In this document: positions 60,231 through 64,000 of the stretch, in pieces | Layout of the letters: each line of letters opens with the position of its first letter | Numbering within the stretch: the first letter of the stretch is position 1 | Origin: Clostridium sp. | GTDB lineage: Bacteria > Bacillota > Clostridia > Clostridiales > Clostridiaceae | NCBI GenBank assembly: GCA_052274345.1 | Contig: DAVZGP010000008.1 | Span: 18,697 to 82,696, forward strand | Length of the DNA stretch: 64,000 bases | Direction of reading: 5' to 3' | The notes under the pieces: model-generated | What the model was told of the DNA's origin: nothing | Database searches by the model: none | What the model saw: only the letters and a program-made list of their open reading frames with translations | Made by a program: the position numbers and the translations under genes

Positions 60231-61538
60231 TCACTTTATTTTCTCAGATAATTTTTCACCACAGTTTCTACAAAAATTATTAGTTACATTGTTCATTTCA
60301 CCGCAGTTTAAGCAACGAATACTATCTTTAAGCTCATTTTTTTGATGTAGCTTTTTTATTTTCTTCTTTCCATTTATCATTTTTTTATTAACCGAATCTA
60401 CCACCCTATTTTTACAACTAATGACACTCTCTGATCTAAAAAAATATTTCAATGCTACAAATGAAATGTATCCTGTAACTACTGTATCAATTAATACACT
60501 AGGTAAATTATCTATAGGATATGATAACATTATTATCATTACTAATTTCGAAATTGTAACAAGTGAGAAGGATATAGCAATAGCATTATACTTTTTCTTT
60601 GCAAAACATAAGATGCCTATAACTAGTAACAATGTAATATTACCCTCTATTAACCCCTTAACCATGAATAAAGGATACATAATTGATATAAAGCATACAA
60701 AGTATAAAATATATTCAGCAAATGGCATGATATATTTTAAGTCTTTAATAGAATATAATGCTCCCTCAAGATTCACTGATACTTCATCCAATGTTATCCC
60801 AGTTGCTTTTTCCATAACAGCTGAATTTTCTATGTCAATTTTATTTTTTACTTTTGACAAAAGACCACTACTTTGTTTTATAGATGAATCTTTTATTGAT
60901 GAAACAATTGGAGCATTATTTTGTGAGTTACCTCCATTTGCATTAATGATTTTCCTATTTGTTGTAAATTGCACTAACATTCCAAATATAGCAAACAAAA
61001 TACCTATACTTATACTAATTGCAAAACTGTTTATTCCTAATACTCTAGCTAAACTTATTCCGGCAATTAATCCACCTGATATACTTGTGGAAATAATTAT
61101 TATTGTTTTTACAAAAAAAACATTTAATACTCCTAAAACCAATGCCATAATAATTCCTACAGTAATAGTCCGTGTAAATATATATCCTATTAAGAATCCC
61201 ATAAAACCACAAACTATAAAAATACCTACTTTATACAATTTAAATGCTATAAATGCACCTAACAAAGCAGATAGTATGCCAATAATCATTGTCATCCCTA
61301 CGTTGTCCGAAATAGCATTACTGACTACTCCACCCATTATTCCAAATATAAAAAATCCACAAACAGCAACCCAAACCTTAAATAATCTATACCCGAGGAA
61401 ACATTGTAGAGACGTAAATAGCAATGTAACAATTGCGACAACTTTCATACATTCGATAGCAAAGCCACTCATTCCAGTAGGATCTACTAACATAGAATTA
61501 AGTGTACCTAAAACAGATAAAAATCCAGATGTTTGCAT
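60231..61538 (-). CDS. Multi-pass membrane protein (DUF4203/TMEM198-like N-terminus) with C-terminal zinc ribbon
   Basis: CFLGYRLFK motif, Gly-rich TMs, CLNCG...FCRNCG; ATG 61538 after AAGGAG. Confidence 0.7.
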   Translation of the reverse strand: MQTSGFLSVLGTLNSMLVDPTGMSGFAIECMKVVAIVTLLFTSLQCFLGYRLFKVWVAVCGFFIFGIMGGVVSNAISDNVGMTMIIGILSALLGAFIAFKLYKVGIFIVCGFMGFLIGYIFTRTITVGIIMALVLGVLNVFFVKTIIIISTSISGGLIAGISLARVLGINSFAISISIGILFAIFGMLVQFTTNRKIINANGGNSQNNAPIVSSIKDSSIKQSSGLLSKVKNKIDIENSAVMEKATGITLDEVSVNLEGALYSIKDLKYIMPFAEYILYFVCFISIMYPLFMVKGLIEGNITLLLVIGILCFAKKKYNAIAISFSLVTISKLVMIIMLSYPIDNLPSVLIDTVVTGYISFVALKYFFRSESVISCKNRVVDSVNKKMINGKKKIKKLHQKNELKDSIRCLNCGEMNNVTNNFCRNCGEKLSEKIK

Positions 61539-61708
61539 AAAAACACTCCTTTCACAATAATTTTCCATATGATATGTATGGTTATTTTTTTATAACACAA
61601 TTTATTTTCTCTTTATAAAGTATTCAACTCACTATACATATATTTATATAATACTACTTTTTCTTTTTTTTACATAATTTACATAATCGTTAATGACCTA
61701 TATTTATT

Positions 61709-61757
61709 AAAAAAAGTGCTCAAGTGATTAATTTCAAATCACTTGAGCACTTTTTTT
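61709..61757 (-). terminator. Terminator after hemL
   Basis: AAAAAAAGTGCTCAAGTGATT-loop-AATCACTTGAGCACTTTTTTT. Confidence 0.88.
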
Positions 61758-61766
61758 ATTAATTTC

Positions 61767-63041
61767 TTATAATTCAAAACTCTTAAATGCCTCTAAGAAT
61801 GCTTCAATATCCTTCTGCGTATGTTTAGTGTTTAAGAATATTGCTTCAAATTGGGAAGGTGCAATGTTTATTCCACTTTTTATCATGTGCTGAAAATATC
61901 TTGCAAATAATTTTGCATCACAAGATTTAGCATCCTCAAAATTTTTCACTTCACTCTTCTTTGTAAAGAAAGCTGTAAGCATTGAACCACATCTATTGAC
62001 TACCATAGGTATACCTTTTTCTTTTGCGATTTCAAGCAATCCATTTTGAAGTTTTTCTGAAAGTTTTTCCATAACCGAGTATACACCCGGGTTGTTATAA
62101 AGCTTTGTTAAGCTTGCATAACCTGCTGCCATTACAACTGGATTTCCAGACATTGTACCAGCTTGATAAACTGGTCCCATAGGTGATAACATCTCCATTA
62201 TTTCTTTCTTACCACCATATGCACCACAAGGAAGTCCACCTCCCATGATTTTTGCATAAGTTATTAAATCAGGATGTATTCCATATATACTTTGAGCACC
62301 TTTGTATGCAACTCTAAATCCACTCATTACTTCGTCAAAAATAAGTAGACTCTTGTATTTATCACATATTTCTCGTAGTTCTAGTAAAAACTCTTTATCT
62401 GCTGGAATAACGCCCATATTACCTGCTACTGGTTCAATAATTACGCAGGCGATATCATCACTATATTTTTCAAACAAAACTTTTACACTTTCTATATCAT
62501 TATAGTTTGCTATTAATGTGTTTACTATACTTTCTTTAGGAACGCCCGCAGAACCTGGTATTCCCTCAGTAAGTACTCCAGAACCAGCCTCAACTAAAAA
62601 TCCGCCAGCATGTCCGTGATAACATCCTGCAAATTTAATCATTTTATTTCTTCCTGTATACCCACGTGCAAGTTTTACTGCACTCATAGTAGCTTCTGTA
62701 CCCGAATTAACCATTCTAATCATATCAACACTGTCTACAGTTGAGCAAATGTGTTTTGCAAGTTTTAATTCTATCTCTGTAGGCGCGCCAAAGGCAATCG
62801 CCTCTGCTGCAGTGTTTTGTATAGCTTTTACTACATCCTCATCACAATGTCCAAGTATCATAGGACCCCACGCACATACAAAATCTATATATTTATTTCC
62901 ATCTTCATCATAAATATAGGCACCCTTACCTTTTTTAATAACAGGAGGGGTTACTGCTACATCTTTATATGCTCTCACCGGACTGTTAACGCCACCAGGC
63001 ATATACTTTTTTGATTCATTAAATATATCTAAATTTCTCAT
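61767..63041 (-). CDS. hemL: Glutamate-1-semialdehyde 2,1-aminomutase
   Basis: [41 protein letters not shown]. Confidence 0.97.
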   Translation of the reverse strand: MRNLDIFNESKKYMPGGVNSPVRAYKDVAVTPPVIKKGKGAYIYDEDGNKYIDFVCAWGPMILGHCDEDVVKAIQNTAAEAIAFGAPTEIELKLAKHICSTVDSVDMIRMVNSGTEATMSAVKLARGYTGRNKMIKFAGCYHGHAGGFLVEAGSGVLTEGIPGSAGVPKESIVNTLIANYNDIESVKVLFEKYSDDIACVIIEPVAGNMGVIPADKEFLLELREICDKYKSLLIFDEVMSGFRVAYKGAQSIYGIHPDLITYAKIMGGGLPCGAYGGKKEIMEMLSPMGPVYQAGTMSGNPVVMAAGYASLTKLYNNPGVYSVMEKLSEKLQNGLLEIAKEKGIPMVVNRCGSMLTAFFTKKSEVKNFEDAKSCDAKLFARYFQHMIKSGINIAPSQFEAIFLNTKHTQKDIEAFLEAFKSFEL

Positions 63042-63093
63042 AGTAATATCCTCTTTTCTAAATATTTGACTTTAGTAAACTATAAGTTCACAA

Positions 63094-64000
63094 CTACTCT
63101 TTAAGCCACCTACATAAATCAATTGCATAATAAGTAATTATCATATCTGCTCCTGCTCTTTTCATAGATAAATGCATTTCCATAGCTATAGCTTTCTCAT
63201 CAATAAATCCCATCTTTGCAGCAGCTTTTACCATGGCAAATTCACCACTAACACTATAAGCTGCTACTGGAACATCATGTCTATCCCTAGCCCATCTCAC
63301 TACATCTAAATATGATAATGCTGGTTTAACCATTATGATATCTGCGCCCTCGCAAATGTCAGCATCTATTTCTCTCATAGCTTCTCTTATATTTGCTGGA
63401 TCCATTTGATAGGTTTTTCTATCTCCAAATTGAGGCGAGGAATTAGCAGCTTCTCTAAATGGGCCATAAAATGCTGAAGAATATTTTGCACTATAAGCCA
63501 TTATTAATACATCTTTATATCCATTATTATCTAAGAGTTCTCTTATTGCCGCAACATGTCCATCCATCATATCAGATGGTGCTACCATATCAGCACCAGC
63601 TCGTGCATGAGATAATGCTATTTCTGCTATATATTTTAAACTCTTATCATTATCAACCTTTCTGCCGTCGAGTATTCCACAATGTCCATGGCTTGTATAT
63701 TCACACATACATACATCAGTTATTATAACTAAATCTTTTGATATTGCACGTATCTCTTTAACCGCTCTTTGAATTATGCCATTTTTATCATAAGCGCCGC
63801 ATCCTACTTCATCTTTATGATCTGGTAATCCAAATAAAATTACTCCTCGTACTCCAGCCTCTTCAACATCTTCGATAATCTCATGAACTCTATCAAGTGA
63901 AAAATGATAATTTCCTGGCATTGAAGATATCTCTTCTTTAATGTTTTTACCTTCTACTACAAATATAGGAAATATAAAATCTGATGGAGTTAATACTGTT
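63094..64000 (-). CDS. hemB: Porphobilinogen synthase; 5' end beyond window
   Basis: CMCEYTSHGHCG, PSDMMDG, FYGPFREAA, MVKPAL; frame stays open to window edge (TVLTPSDFIFPIFVVEGKNIKEEISSMPG). Confidence 0.97.
   Translation of the reverse strand, partial: TVLTPSDFIFPIFVVEGKNIKEEISSMPGNYHFSLDRVHEIIEDVEEAGVRGVILFGLPDHKDEVGCGAYDKNGIIQRAVKEIRAISKDLVIITDVCMCEYTSHGHCGILDGRKVDNDKSLKYIAEIALSHARAGADMVAPSDMMDGHVAAIRELLDNNGYKDVLIMAYSAKYSSAFYGPFREAANSSPQFGDRKTYQMDPANIREAMREIDADICEGADIIMVKPALSYLDVVRWARDRHDVPVAAYSVSGEFAMVKAAAKMGFIDEKAIAMEMHLSMKRAGADMIITYYAIDLCRWLKE

Noticed and set aside
60421..61560. 379-aa plus-strand ORF
   Set aside because: Antisense shadow of the minus-strand membrane protein, which has the RBS and recognisable motifs.

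Overview
Low-GC, Clostridium-like chromosomal window (organism inferred from gene content and AT richness). It carries housekeeping and metabolic genes: rnhA fragment, ftsH, rhomboid, HD-GYP, Fur-family regulator, pepD, mntP-like, corA, three zinc-ribbon membrane proteins, an anaerobic cobalamin cluster under a compact cobalamin riboswitch (cbiK-cobD-cbiACDELFHJ, cobTCUS, with cbiG and cbiT displaced), a Zn ABC pair, rpsA, a guanine-riboswitch xpt/nucleoside ABC operon, a glycogen operon with a duplicated glgC-glgD pair, speD, asd, def, hemL and hemB (partial). The most striking signal is an intact HUH/Y1 RAYT-like tyrosine transposase with a C-terminal HTH (25832..26743) in the middle of the cob cluster. 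It is bracketed by an inverted pair of a ~20-bp repeat (GT[A/G]GGGAC[G/A]GTTAACAACTAAT). I count 20 copies plus one partial by eye, all in intergenic gaps or at gene ends within about 10.5 kb either side of the gene (15781..35964), often as repeat-spacer-repeat mini-arrays, and none elsewhere in the window. Two further non-coding repeat families are present: a ~235-bp long-hairpin element (3 copies with compensatory changes, one truncating a hydrolase gene) and a ~130-bp element (3 copies, two flanking mntP in inverted orientation). All calls are from reading the sequence; no searches were run.
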